A DNA stretch of 64,000 nt from Eledone cirrhosa (Eukaryota), in assembly GCA_964016885.1 (NCBI GenBank), contig OZ024750.1:20646001-20710000 (forward strand). Reading direction: 5' to 3'. A program made the position numbers and the translations under genes. Positions 30,573-43,912 of the stretch are shown piece after piece. The notes beneath the pieces are model-generated. The model was given only the letters and a program-made list of their open reading frames with translations, was not told the origin of the DNA and made no database searches. Numbering within the stretch: the stretch's first letter is position 1; each line of letters opens with the position of its first letter.

Positions 30573-31757
30573 TTGAATTAGTATGGTATAGACAAGTACA
30601 TATGGTGTTTAGGTGTATGATATTGTCAATACTCTGATATGCCCAGTTCCTTGCTGGGTTGTTAATTCACTGGGGAACTGGGGTCATATGAATTCAAACA
30701 AACGAATTTTCGTGTCACAGGTCCCCTTCTCCTCTCATTGGTCAGTTATTAGTGTTGTCATTGTTGGAGTTAGCTTAAAAATTGATAAAATGGTAGAAGG
30801 GACAAGGTGTTGAATGAACAAAATATCAAAAAATGTGTCAAACTTCCCATTGTTCAGTTCTGAGAGCATTCCTCAGTCAGAAGTCTATAGAATTCTTTCT
30901 GGGGTGAGGCTCCCTGTAGTGTTTATGCCTGCTATTGTTCAGTACATTTGACCTCCACCATTATTTTGGTACTGTTGTTGTTGTAGTGGTCAGCTTATAC
31001 CTTGCTGCTGCTAACAATTTAGAAGTATTCAGTTTGTGTTTTCTCTTCATCCCACCCGCCACCATCGTAGTGGTGGTGGCGGGGGGGGGGGGGTTCTTTC
31101 ATGTATATGAAGAAATATAAGGCAATAAATGAAGAAAACAGAAGATAAATAAATAATATAATAAAATAAAATAATTAATATAATTTGTGTAATTTGAAAA
31201 TAAATAAATAAATAGAGAATAAAGAATAAAGAGTAAATGAGAGATTGGTGAAAAAGTAATGATAATGTATATGGAGAAGTGAGAAATAATGTAGGATAAA
31301 GTGTGTGTGTGTGTGCTATAACCAATCTCAAGGTCAGAATATGTTGGATAGATTGGTATGATACAAGATGTTAAGATGAGATATTCAATGTATTTGTGTT
31401 ATAATCTATCTCAACTTAAAATAAATATAAGGTTATACAGTGAAGAGGGCAGAAAACAAATAACAAATTAATAAAGAGAAATCAAGATTTAAGATTGGAA
31501 CTTTAAAGTCAGAAATCTGGTAAATTAAAAGTGTTTGTGTTATAGATGTTGGCCAGATTATTATGGCTGTGTCCGATTCTATCTCTAGGCTATCACGGTG
31601 TCTGCTCCGCCTGGGTTGTTCCCTATGGCTTGAGGGGAGTTCACAACCTAGGGTGTTGTAATTGTCCATATAGCTTGAGGGAGGTCTGGCCGAGAGGTGT
31701 TTTCATGTTCTGTAGAAGTCCCTATAGCTTGAGGGGAGTTCACATCTTCTTGTGTTG

Positions 31758-34426
31758 CTACTGTCCATATATTTTGAGAAAGGTGTCTGCATGTCCCGAA
31801 GAAGTCGGTTCTGAGGTTTATCAGGCCGCTTCCACCTCTTAGTATCTCGAGGGTCTCGTTCAGGCATAGTTTGCATATGCAAGATCCCCCTTTATCGGGT
31901 GGTACTTTCCTGATTATGTACCAGGCCAGAGAGTATGGGGTCCTGTCCAGCTTAAGCTTCCAGATCAGGTCGGAGAGAGCTGTGCTTTTCCTTTTGGCCT
32001 CCTTCTTGAATGAATGGCGATGGTTGTACCAACGGTCCTTAAAGCTCGCTGATGTGGCTCCTATGTAGAGGTGTTCGGAGTTGGGTGTTTTAACCCTACA
32101 ACCGTACACTATGTTCTTCTTGAGACATTCATTACCAAGGGGGCATGATTCGGGGTTTCTACAGTTGCAGAGGGTGGGCGGCCTCTGCGTGCTTAGATTA
32201 GGGTTCTCATTATGTGTTACATGTTGGTCTTCCCCCATGCTCGGTGGGGGGTCCTTGGGTCTGTTTGTGTTTCTTGGGTGGGCTCTGGGTCCCCCCTTCC
32301 CTCCTTTCACATGGTTCTGCTGAGTGTTTGTATTGCCATCTTCTGGTTGTGTGTGGTTTTTAAGCCTACTTCTGTTGATGCTAGCTATGTGTTGGGCCAA
32401 ATTTCTCGTGGTGGAATACGAAAGCTTCACAGTGTGTCTGTTGAAGATCCTGTGGTATCTGTGGTCCCTCGGGAAGCATTTGTCAAGTGCTCCAAAGAAC
32501 AATCGGGCCAAGCTTTTCTTTAGGGCCGCTGAGTAGGGTGGGTTGTACCACGTGATTTGTCGGTGTCTCCTCCTATATGTGTGGGTTGGGGGCTTCGTGA
32601 TTTGTTGGAGATTTGTTGGTTTGCTGGTGGTTTCCGCACTGTTGCTTCCCTTTTGGGCTCTATACTTTTTGTTATCTTCACGGCCCGGATTTGTGGGGTG
32701 GTTGTTGTCTGTCCCGGGAGATCCATCGTGGGGTGGTCGCCCGTTTCCCCCCCCCCCCCACACGTGTCCTGCGGTTGGGGTTGTCCGTCCTGGGGTAGTT
32801 AGCATCACGCCTGAGACTGCTACTCATATTGTGCTCCATCTCGTGGTCAAGCGCACTAGTCCCCACCGCCCGTGTGGTGGTGTCTGGTACATGGTGCCTA
32901 TTTGATTTTGCTCTGCCTGTATTGTTAGGGTTCGCCCTCCCCCCTCTGGTAACGCGGTTGTGGGTGTCTGTTGGGCTATCCACCTCCCGGCTTTTCGGAC
33001 TATATGTTATATTTTGTCCATGTGCCGCCTTCTTTAGAGCTGCGTTGTAATATTCCGCGTGGTTGTTGAATATTTCCTTACTTGCGGACAGGCTGGAGAT
33101 CCTGTCCGAGACACTCTTCACCACTGCCTTGGTTATGGATCTAGGGTGGTTTGATTTGGCGTTAACATATACTAGTTTCTCGTTGGGCTTGTGGTAGGGG
33201 TAGTATTGCTCGGTGTTCAGGTTTAGGGTGGTGTCTAGGAAGTTAACTACCTTCCTATTTGGGTCTATTTCTATGCTGAGCCCCTGGTTCTTAAAGAAAT
33301 GGCGAATACGCCTCCTCATACCCTTCAACATATTGGTGCTGTGGTCATGTACTGTGAATAGAGCATCATCACGATATAATCCGCCGCCCAGGCAGGGGAT
33401 TTCATCTTTTATCTGCTTCAGCAGGTAGAGCCCAACCAGGTCCGTTACCTGCGCTGAGTCGCTGGAGCCCATCGTGATGTCAAAGTTATTTGGCCAATCA
33501 CTCCTGGTCCACAGGTCTCCATCGAAGCGGATTAAGGTCTTTCTTGCGGCGTGGATGATGCTCACCTCCTCTCGGGTTAGGTCCGTATTGGACATCGCTA
33601 AAAATAGGGCCTTATTAAGTACTATGGGTGAGATTGAGGAGTAGTAGCTTGCGATGTCCAGTTGTATAAAGCTGGTCCTACTTTTCTCATGCAGTATTTT
33701 GAACCATTCTATTACTTCTCTCGTGCATGACCATTGCTGTAATTTGGTTTTATTCCGAAGCTTGGGCAAAATCCTATCCAGTATTCTTTTACTGACGATC
33801 CCTAGGTCAGATCTGGAGGGGGCTATTAGTATGACAGGGAGGTCGGACTCAAAGTTTGACTTGTGGTCTTTAAGGGTAATCCGCGGCTCCCTTGGTTGGT
33901 ATGGGGCCGTCCTGTCCTCTATGCCGATTCTGGATATAATCCTGTAAGCTGTGGCATTGATCTCATCCAGGGTAAATCCAGGTGTTTTTTTGTAGCACTT
34001 CCTCAGTTCCCTGAGGATTAGCTTATTGTACAGTTCAGTGTTCATGTTGTAGAGGTTGTTTGTTTTGTCAGCATGGACAAGTATTCCAGTTGTCCCTTTA
34101 AGTACTGTAATCCGGTTTCTCAGGTGTCTGAGGTATTCCTGACTTCTGGTTGGGTTTCCGGAGAATTTGAGGTTGGATATGATGTTATTCATCTCGTTTT
34201 CAAACTCCTCCATTAGTCTGTTATGGGGGGGATTCCTCCTTGATCGAAAAAGGTACTCCATGTTTTCTGTGTTTGTAGTTTTCTGCGCTCCTCTTTCGAA
34301 GTGGAACGCCTTCCATCTCATCCTACGGATGAGGGAGTCCGTACTCTTGATGAGATCACTGGTGTATTCTCGTTTATCAGGTAGGGGGATGTCCTTCAGT
34401 GACGCTAAGGTTGCCAGTTTATCCAT
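31758..34426 (-). pseudogene. PLE reverse transcriptase / GIY-YIG endonuclease polyprotein (frameshifted at the G13 run 32747-32759)
   Basis: ADKTNNLY; motif A LDIASYYSSI; motif B ITMGSSDSAQVTDLVGLYLL; motif C LYRDDAL; VNFLD; SNHP thumb; linker WYNPPYS...FNRHTVKLSYS; CNCx5Cx5C; IVY...YIGAT..FKDRW.NH; CKLCLNE...CRH. Track ORFs 32678-34426 and 31648-32808 join if one G is removed. Confidence 0.92.
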
Positions 34427-34607
34427 AGTGACTTAGGTCCGCTACTGTTTGAAGCGCTCAACCCGTGTGGGAGCTAGATAGATTTTGAGTTTATGTTGGT
34501 TGTATACCAACACCTTAGTATGCAGGCTGGAGCACTCGACGAAGTGCGCAGGTTGGTTTGGTTACTCCGGAGTAGTGTAAAATAAAATAAGTAGTGTAAA
34601 ATAAAAT

Positions 34608-35583
34608 CTCCCGGGGCAGACAACAACCACCCCACAAATCCGGGCCGTGAAGATAACAAAAAGTATAGAGCCCAAAAGGGAAGCAACAGTGCGGAAACCA
34701 CCAGCAAACCAACAAATCTCCAACAAATCACGAAGCCCCCAACCCACACATATAGGAGGAGACACCGACAAATCACGTGGTACAACCCACCCTACTCAGC
34801 GGCCCTAAAGAAAGCTTGGCCGGATTGTTCTTTGGAGCACTTGACAAATGCTTCCCGAGGGACCACAGATACTACAGGATCTTCAACAGACACACTGTGA
34901 AGCTTTCGTATTCCACTACGAGAAATTTGGCCCAACACATAGCTAGCATCAACAGAAGTAGGCTTAAAAACCACACACAACCAGAAGATGGCAATACAAA
35001 CACTCAGTAGAACCATGTGAAATGAGGGAAGGGGGGACCCAGAGCCCACCCAAGAAACACAAACAGACCCAAGGACCCCCCACCGAGCATGGGGGAAGAC
35101 CAACATGTAACACATAATGAGAACCCTAATCTAAGCACGCAGAGGCCGCCCACCCTCTGCAACTGTAGAAACCCCGAATCATGCCCCCTTGGTAATGAAT
35201 GTCTCAAGAAGAACATAGTGTACGGTTGTAGGGTTAAAACACCCAACTCCGAACACCTCTACATAGGAGCCACATCAACGAGCTTTAAGGACCGCTGGTA
35301 CAACCATCGCCATTCATTCAAGAAGGAGGCCAAAAGGAAAAGCACAGCTCTCTCCGACCTGATCTGGAAGCTTAAGCTGGACAGGACCCCATACTCTCTG
35401 GCCTGGTACATAATCAGGAAAGTACCACCCGATAAAGGGGGATCTTGCATATGCAAACTATGCCTGAACGAGACCCTCGAGATACTAAGAGGTGGAAGCG
35501 GCCTGATAAACCTCAGAACCGACTTCTTCGGGACATGCAGACACCTTAGAGCCGGGACCTTTCTCAAAATATATGGACAGTAG
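34608..35583 (+). pseudogene. Inverted duplicate of the PLE linker + GIY-YIG region
   Basis: Near-identical to 31758-32721 but with 1-nt deletions and a stop at 35008-35010; retains the intact C-terminus CRHLRAGTFLKIYGQ*. Confidence 0.9.
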
Positions 35584-35597
35584 CAACACAAGAAGAT

Positions 35598-35725
35598 GTG
35601 AACTCCCCTCAAGCTATAGGGACTTCTACAGAACATGAAAACACCTCTCGGCCAGACCTCCCTCAAGCTATATGGACAATTACAACACCCTAGGTTGTGA
35701 ACTCCCCTCAAGCCATAGGGAACAA
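35598..35725 (+). repeat. Three imperfect repeats in the PLE 3' UTR
   Basis: CTCCC(C)TCAAGC(T/C)ATA(G/T)GGA at ~35603, ~35658 and ~35702. Confidence 0.7.
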
Positions 35726-36771
35726 CCCAGGCGGAGCAGACACCATGATAGCCTAGAGATAGAATCGGACACAGCCATAATAATCTGGCCAACATCTATA
35801 ACACAAACACTTTTAATTTACCAGATTTCTGACTTTAAAGTTCCAATCTTAAATCTTGATTTCTCTTTATTAATTTGTTATTTGTTTTCTGTCCTCTTCA
35901 CTGTATAACCTTATATTTATTTTAAGTTGAGATAGATTATAACACAAACACATTGAATATCTCATCTTAACATCTTGTATCATACCAATCTATCCAACAT
36001 ATTCTGACCTTGAGATTGGTTATAGCACACACACACACACACTTTATCCTACATTATTTCTCACTTCTCCATATACATTATCATTACTTTTTCACCAATC
36101 TCTCATTTACTCTTTATTCTTTATTCTCTATTTATTTATTTATTTTCAAATTACACAAATTATATTAATTATTTTATTTTATTATATTATTTATTTATCT
36201 TCTGTTTTCTTCATTTATTGCCTTATATTTCTTCATATACATGAAAGAACCCCCCCCCCCCCCGCCACCACCACTACGATGGTGGCGGGTGGGATGAAGA
36301 GAAAACACAAACTGAATACTTCTAAATTGTTAGCAGCAGCAAGGTATAAGCTGACCACTACAACAACAACAGTACCAAAATAATGGTGGAGGTCAAATGT
36401 ACTGAACAATAGCAGGCATAAACACTACAGGGAGCCTCACCCCAGAAAGAATTCTATAGACTTCTGACTGAGGAATGCTCTCAGAACTGAACAATGGGAA
36501 GTTTGACACATTTTTTGATATTTTGTTCATTCAACACCTTGTCCCTTCTACCATTTTATCAATTTTTAAGCTAACTCCAACAATGACAACACTAATAACT
36601 GACCAATGAGAGGAGAAGGGGACCTGTGACACGAAAATTCGTTTGTTTGAATTCATATGACCCCAGTTCCCCAATGAATTAACAACCCAGCAAGGAACTG
36701 GGCATATCAGAGTATTGACAATATCATACACCTAAACAACATATGTACTTGTCTATACCATACTAATTCAA

Positions 36772-36826
36772 ACTGCCTGAAGAGGTCACAGCCAAAGATG
36801 GCTGTCACTGAAATATATATAGCAGT
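36772..36826 (+). ncRNA. Type I hammerhead ribozyme in the PLE pLTR
   Basis: Stem I ACTGC/GCAGT, CTGAAGA 36777-36783, stem II GGTCACAGCCA/TGGCTGTCACT, GAAA 36810-36813, palindromic ATATATAT stem III, AUA triplet. Confidence 0.88.
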
Positions 36827-37079
36827 AATAAACGAAGCTAAATTTTAATCATTTGACTTTTATTTAACTTTATTTTACACTACTCCGGAGTAACCAAACC
36901 AACCTGCGCACATCGTCGAGTGCTCCAGCCTGCATACTAAGGTGTTGGTATACAACCAACATAAACTCCAAATCTATATATATATATATATATATATATA
37001 CTATAGTCACTTATATATTATGAAATACGGCTGGCTTCACGCTCACAATAATTTCTATACTTTAATTTATATTTATATA

Positions 37080-37147
<68 letters not shown>

Positions 37148-37150
<3 letters not shown>

Positions 37151-37682
37151 GATAAATCTACCAAGAGTTTACGGTAGTGTCCAATCCGTATGAAGAACTC
37201 AATGTATTCCGGATATCATGGAAAGAAGAGATGTAATGAAAATCCACTTTCAGTGAAAGATAAACGGTATACAGAGTCAAGATAAAATATTAAACAAATA
37301 ATGAACAAACAATTCCTTATATTAAACAAAAAAAGTTCACTATTTAACGATCGTTTCTGGGGTATATATGTGTTATAATTGGTATGCATATTTAACAGAT
37401 CTATGTACAAAATTATACAAAATTATACAAATTATCAAGATTAAATATACATACCTAACTCATATATACGCCGTCTTCAGAAATAATTATTTCTGAAGAC
37501 GGCGTATATATGAGTTAGGTATGTATATTTAATCTTGATAATTTGTATAATTTTGTATAATTTTGTACATAGATCTGTTAAATATGCATACCAATTATAA
37601 CACATATATACCCCAGAAACGATCGTTAAATAGTGAACTTTTTTTGTTTAATATAAGGAATTGTTTGTTCATTATTTGTTTA

Positions 37683-37690
<8 letters not shown>
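37148..37690. mobile_element. Spacer-less palindromic element, family F
   Basis: Apparently perfect arms ~37283-37486 / 37487-37690 plus a ~135-nt left tail; (TA)n flanks. Confidence 0.85.
37488..37632 (+). ncRNA. Hammerhead ribozyme with a large stem II insertion (mirror copy on -)
   Basis: TATTT-CTGAAGA-cggcGTATATATG...~90 nt...CATATATACccca-GAAA-CGATCG-TT-AAATA. Confidence 0.7.
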
Positions 37691-37727
<37 letters not shown>

Positions 37728-37914
37728 TATATATATATAGTGTATATTAAAATATATAGTATATATAAAATGTGTATGTATATATATATATATATATGCA
37801 ATATATGTGTATATATATATATGTGTATATATATATGTATATATATGTATATATACATATATATATACATATATATATACATATATATATACATATATAT
37901 ACATATATATATAC

Positions 37915-37945
<31 letters not shown>

Positions 37946-37974
37946 CATATATATACATATATACACACACACAC

Positions 37975-38020
<46 letters not shown>

Positions 38021-38024
<4 letters not shown>

Positions 38025-38438
38025 AGGAAGTTATAGTTCACTTGAAGCATTGTGTAATGAGGTATAAACGTTTGTATATGTATAATAAAGCCAAAACTAT
38101 GCAGGTATGGTCATAGAATAAAGAATGCAAATGCAAAAGATATTGTTGACAATTAGTCTTTTACCTTAGATTTATTTAAATGTCCTTAATTTTTGAGATA
38201 ATATCTCTTCTTCGGAGGGAAGTAAAGCGGTTAATTCAGTGTTCTAAAGCTATTTAGAACACTAGATTAACCGCTTGACCTCCCTCCGAAGAAGAGATAT
38301 TATCTCGAAAGTTAAGGACATTTAAATAAATCTAAGGTAAAAGACTAATTGTCAACAATATCTTTTGCATTTGCATTCTTTATTCTATGTCCATACCTGC
38401 ATTGTTTTGGGTTTATTATACATATACAAACGTTTATA
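38021..38438. mobile_element. Fold-back element, family G, with a variant hammerhead-like motif at 38283-38337
   Basis: Arms ~38063-38237 / ~38265-38438; CCT-CCGAAGA-aGAGATattATCTC-GAAA-G...C-TA-AGG. Confidence 0.7.
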
Positions 38439-39123
38439 TATATATATAGGTTTTCATGTTAGTGTGTGTATCTATGTGAGTCGGTTGTGTGTCGCTAACT
38501 ATGCATCTATTGTCTGTATTGGTTACCTCTTTGCAATAATATTTTCCGTTGCATATATTTTTATGCGTTTCTTTTTTACCACAGGTCATTTTCTCAAAAT
38601 TGCGCAATGTATAACTAATAAAATAATAGTAAAAGGAGCATATATATCTTATGTTCCTCTCTACCTGACAGTCGACATAGAATTACGTTTGATTATCTGT
38701 TCACAGATGTAGAGATAGCAATATAAGATACATCAAATACAGAACAAAGATGGCTGATAATATATGGTTGAAAATCGCTGCATCCAGAACGTCTCATGTT
38801 GTGTCATAAAGTACAAAAAATAGATAAATATCATATACAATGGTGTCAATAACAGTTACGTAATTATTATATCACATATATATATATATGTGTGTGTGTC
38901 TGTTTGTGTGTGTGTTTGTGTATGAGTTTGTGTATGTGTGTGTGTTTGTGTGTGTGTTTCCTTTCAGCGTAAATGATATACGCTCCTGCAAAGCCTGGAA
39001 TAAGGAGACACATACTCTCCAGTTGCTCACTCGGCCCGAAGAACATATATATATACATATATCCATCGTCGGAATTTAGTGTTTACATTTATTATTATTA
39101 CTATATATATATATATATATATA

Positions 39124-39352
39124 GTAATAATGATAAATGTGAACACTAAAATCCGACGATGGCTCGTAAAGGATAATATATATATATCAAAATAGAGAAA
39201 ACCATAGAACAAATATTTATTAAAATAACAGATTAAATTTTAAGCAAAGAATCGGTGCATTGACCCTAACGGGATCTTCTGAAACTTTCAGAAAATCCCT
39301 TTAAGGGTGAACGCAGCGATTCCTTGCTTAAATTTGATCTGTTATTTTTAAT
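39124..39352. mobile_element. Fold-back element, family H (diverged arms)
   Basis: Arms ~39219-39283 / ~39285-39352; tail mirrored at 39061-39100 and related to 16768-16872; possible decayed hammerhead. Confidence 0.6.
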
Positions 39353-39591
39353 ATATATATATATATATATATAATTGGATATTTAGTAAAATCGAATCTC
39401 TGACGGCTTATAAGCAAATTCGGCCTACTTATGAGGTGATGAGTTAGAAAGCACTCGATAAGTTAGGTCATTAGAGTAATAACATACGTTTAAATAGCTT
39501 GACAAATCTAACATTGTGGTAGGCAAAATCTAACCCACAATAACATACCAAAGTAACGATAGAACTAACAGGTTGAGAAAAAAAATAAAAC

Positions 39592-39622
<31 letters not shown>

Positions 39623-39694
39623 TAAACATACAGGTATGCACGTTCACAGAGACACAGATACACTCATGCAGACACGATCAGATACACACGCACA

Positions 39695-39805
<111 letters not shown>

Positions 39806-40403
39806 GCGGCGATGAATTAGTTTTGCGAAGTTTTTTATATGAAATCGTGTGTCGAAACAAATATTGTTATACTTGGGGAGGGTCATATTTGTGTAATATT
39901 GCCAGAATTAATAACAGAACACACTCACTGTTTGGTTGGTTTTCGCTTCTCGCTGTCTTTTATATCGGTAATCTAACTTACTCGGTCCTCAATGTTGCCA
40001 TTGACTGACCGACGGTCAAAAATAATACAGATACAATATAGACACAAACACATATATATAGTTTATCATTAATCTTTCGTTGCACATCTGCAACATCGTC
40101 AATGGTGTTATATTTTCCTCCTGTTGTGTTGTATGTCTACGCCATTTTTTCTCGGAATGGATGGATTTTTTGACCATATTGCAGATGTGCAACGAAAGAT
40201 TTATGATAGACTATATATATGTGTTTGTGTCTATATTGTATCTGTATTATTTTTGACCGTCGGTCAGTCAATGGCAACATTGAGGACCGAGTAAGTTAGA
40301 TTACCGATATAAAAGACAGCGAGAAGCGAAAACCAACCAAACAGTGAGTGTGTTCTGTTATTAATTCTGGCAATATTACACAAATATGACCCTCCCCAAG
40401 TAT

Positions 40404-40410
<7 letters not shown>
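39806..40410. mobile_element. Fold-back element, family C relative, with a degenerate hammerhead at 40065-40108 (-)
   Basis: Arms ~39861-40094 / ~40179-40410; the minus strand reads TTGACGA-tGTTGCAgatgTGCAAC-GAAA-gat-TA. Confidence 0.75.
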
Positions 40411-40469
<59 letters not shown>

Positions 40470-40519
40470 TGTAAGCTGAGTTTGGAATTATTTGTTATAA
40501 TTTTCAATGTATAAGATAT

Positions 40520-41160
40520 GTTAATTTCCATGGCACTTCAGATGGACAGAAGATACAATATTCCGCTTGTTACCAATAAGAGACCCGACCTAGTCTTGTG
40601 GTGTAAGTAAAGGTGTGTTTTGAAGTTTGTGGAGCTTGCTGTCCCTTGAGAGGTGAATTTAATGGTGCATTCAAATGGCGGAAATTCATTCATCTGGATT
40701 AATTGTAGGAAACCCACATATGATATGTATCGTGTTTCTCTGTCTATTTAGTTATCAGAGGATTATTCCGACACTGGTTTGACTCATTCTCCAGCGACCA
40801 TATACTCGCAGCAAAGGAACGGATACACCATTCGAGTGCATTATCGGAGGCAGCGAAGAAATCAAGTTACTACATCTTACTCAAAAGGAAAGATAGATGG
40901 TGCGTCTGCAACATTGAGGTGAATGGAAACATTTGCTCAGTCATAACACATAATCTATCGAATTTTATGCTGTTATGTCGCGTTGAACTGGACAGATTGA
41001 CAATATCAGACTCACTGAAGTTGTGTGGGGACTTCGTCCCGAACACCAGTGGATCACCCTGTGTAGCTGTGAAGTTATGGTGCCAGTGGCAGAAAACCTA
41101 CAGAGAAACCTCTCACCGCCTCATGGGACATTGACATCTCCGTTCGGAGAAGTATTACTG
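40520..41160 (-). pseudogene. Highly degraded non-LTR (RTE-like) reverse transcriptase relic
   Basis: Minus-strand remnants in RT order across broken frames: SPNGD, TQGDP, DYVL, LDF.A.D.AL. Confidence 0.35.
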
Positions 41161-41205
41161 CAGCAATCTTAGCACATATCTGTGTTTACTAAGCATATAG
41201 GCATA

Positions 41206-41277
<72 letters not shown>

Positions 41278-41302
41278 GTGTAATAAACTACGCAATATAA
41301 TT

Positions 41303-41375
41303 ATTCCATTTCCCAGGGTTTCACGAAGTTAGACGATTCTAACAGAAACGTCTGATGTCGTTCATTAGAAGGAAT
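41303..41375 (-). ncRNA. Degenerate hammerhead in a short (TA)n-flanked insert (41276-41392)
   Basis: ATTCCTT-CTAATGA-ACGA...TCGT-GAAA-CCCtGGG-AA-ATGGAAT; core has two substitutions. Confidence 0.45.
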
Positions 41376-41390
41376 CTTTATTTGGATATC

Positions 41391-41445
<55 letters not shown>

Positions 41446-41582
41446 TCAGTTATAATATGCTATACACTCCTGCAAAGAAAGTGTTAAAGTTAATAATATT
41501 AACCAGCCAGAATGTAGGCTCCTTTACGGTTAAATAAATATAATACATTGTTAGTATTATTTTCATTATTTGCAGCATATAG

Positions 41583-41795
41583 TGTGGCCTTGTGCCAAAA
41601 GTAGAAACAATTATTTGCAGCATATAGTTGCAGCCTTTTACGTTTTGGAGTTCAAATCCCGCCGGTGTTACCTTCGCCTTTCATATTTACGGTATGGAAA
41701 AAACAAAGCACCAGTAAAGCATCGGGGTCAGTTTAATTGACTTTCCCCTCCCCTTCAAATTGCTGGCCTTGTGCCTATAGTAGAAGGAATTATTA
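41583..41795 (+). mobile_element. tRNA-derived SINE (MetaSINE-like)
   Basis: B-box GAGTTCAAATCCCGCC, core and GGCCTTGTGCC tail. Confidence 0.7.
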
Positions 41796-42359
41796 TAGGC
41801 GACAACATATAACATCTTTAGAGGTGCTTTGTTTCTTTTACTAATCAGTGCTAATATGCTTCTTTGTAAGTTTCTGAGGTATTAGCCGGTAAGTCAATAA
41901 GTAAATACGTTAAATTCTACTTTTCTTTGCTCACGATACAGAGACATACTGATAAATTAAATTACTATTGGATACCATAATAACAGTTATTCAGAAATAG
42001 GCAAATATATTTGAAAGTTTTACAAATAAGAGAGAGAATGATCAGCAAATACTAAATATAAATAGAATCTATTAACTAATATTACATTCTTACACTATAT
42101 AATATTAAAACTACTTAAAACTATCCCTATGCTGTATCTGATACAGGATTCTTGGGACGGAAATTGTCTAAGAGCTGAATGGTTGACGAGATGCAAGTAT
42201 GTCGTAAACAATGGTAGACCCAACTCTTGAATAACTATGCAAAGCAATTCTATTCCAAATATTTAGCAAATATTATATAAATTTTGCAGCATATATGATT
42301 TATGTTGGGGCATGTTTTCCTACTTTGCAATCATTAAATAGACATTGATTCGCATAACA

Positions 42360-42512
42360 TTTGCTTTTCGGCATAGTGTTACGGCCCTTTACGGTATGAG
42401 TTCAAATCCCGCCGAGTTTAACTTTGCATTTCATCCTTACGAGGTAGATAAAACAAAGTTCCAGTAATGCCCTGTGATAAGTGCTGGCCTTATGCCAAAA
42501 TTAAAAAACAAT
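42360..42512 (+). mobile_element. tRNA-derived SINE (MetaSINE-like)
   Basis: Same B-box, core and tail. Confidence 0.75.
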
Positions 42513-43186
42513 TACATAGATATTTATTAGCATAACGTCCAATGATTCTTGATGATTGTGAGGGAGATGATATATATTATTTATTGAGGTACGTGGTCTT
42601 AGTTTCTATTGCAACCATTGTTACTTTAATCTTTCAATTGGTTGTTAACCAATATTTATGTATCACATCTCCTATTAATCTATTTAGCCAGGAAGACGAT
42701 GGTTGTCCAAACTTTATGTCATGCGTCACAGTTACATAAGTCTATTATGTTTTCTAATTGACATACACGACAACGTCTGAATTCTAGGAATGGTGTTCTG
42801 AAATTTACCATATATCTTGACACAGACACCACAAGAAGAGAGGGGAGAGAGTCTTAGTAGGAAGATGTTTATGCGACGAGACATTTTAATGTTATATCTC
42901 TCCTTCTATGTGTCATTATATTACCAGATATTTTCTGAGGTTAGGAAGAAAAGGATAAGAATTGGCTCTTTTATTCCATTATTTGTTCAGACATTGTACT
43001 GCAGCCGTGCTGGGACAAGGTGCTCAATCGATATAGGTGGGCTTATCGACATCCGTACTTATTTCATTCTGGCATTAAATTTATTGATCTCTATTTGAGG
43101 AACGGTTAAATTATGAGATTAAAGAGACGCAGGACGCCGGTGCAAGAATGCTCATAAAAAAGGATCACAGACTTTAGTGCAGTCTT

Positions 43187-43375
43187 TTATGCCCCAATGC
43201 AGTTAAGCAGTTTTGGTGAAAGTAATTTTGTTCCAGCAATCAATTTTATTCTTCTATAATACACTTTCTTTAAATTTTCTTTTGTAACCTTATATTCAAT
43301 GTTTATTTTCTCCGACACTCTGTCGTGCCAATCACCATTTTCTTTTAAATACCGAAGTGTTCTGTTATCACCCAA
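43187..43375 (-). pseudogene. Possible degraded non-LTR retrotransposon RT C-terminal relic
   Basis: KENLKKVYYRRIKLIAGTKL resembles the K.EY.RR...L.SKL segment after the YKYLG motif; weak. Confidence 0.3.
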
Positions 43376-43799
43376 TTGATTCAGTTTTCCGGTAATCTCT
43401 TTGTATTTGTGTATAACATATTCACAAATGTTTCAGAAATAGCCAGAAGTTTATTATCCATATCTATTCCAGGAATTCCATGATCCATTCGTTTTCGTAG
43501 CTCATACGCGTTTAGAATATTGCGGTTTTGAAGAAACAGTATTATAAGCTCTTGAAATAAATTTACTGTTTTCCTATAAGTTCTCAATCATTGGTTCTTC
43601 GACTGATGTTATTGTTTTGGATCCATTTGGCAATTACTCTTAAACCTGCAGGATATATCCGCTACTCTGTTGGTAAATTCTATTTAAACTTCAGTCTTGT
43701 ATCATATGAATTTATCAGACAGTGCTTTTTACTTGTTTTTATTTTTTGGGGCTTTTTGTGGAACGTATATCTATACTGTGAAGTCGGGTGAGTTAGCAG

Positions 43800-43912
43800 A
43801 TAGGGTGACGGATTTGCGATCGTAAGGTTGTGGGTTAGCTTTATGAATGGAGTGGTGCATGTTTCCTTGAGCAACGCATATCATTTCATATAGCTCCTGC
43901 CCACTCAACTTA
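43800..43912 (+). mobile_element. Degraded SINE (TCCTTGAGCAA core)
   Basis: Similar to 23735-23985. Confidence 0.45.

Noticed and set aside
36468-36500. Second hammerhead at CTGAGGA in the PLE 3' UTR (also ~61840, ~62112)
   Set aside because: No properly placed GAAA, stem III or UH triplet.
38955-39045. Possible host exon after a TTTCCTTTCAG acceptor (similar candidates at ~27283 and ~55550)
   Set aside because: No convincing donor site or protein similarity; a host gene with very long introns cannot be excluded without RNA-seq.
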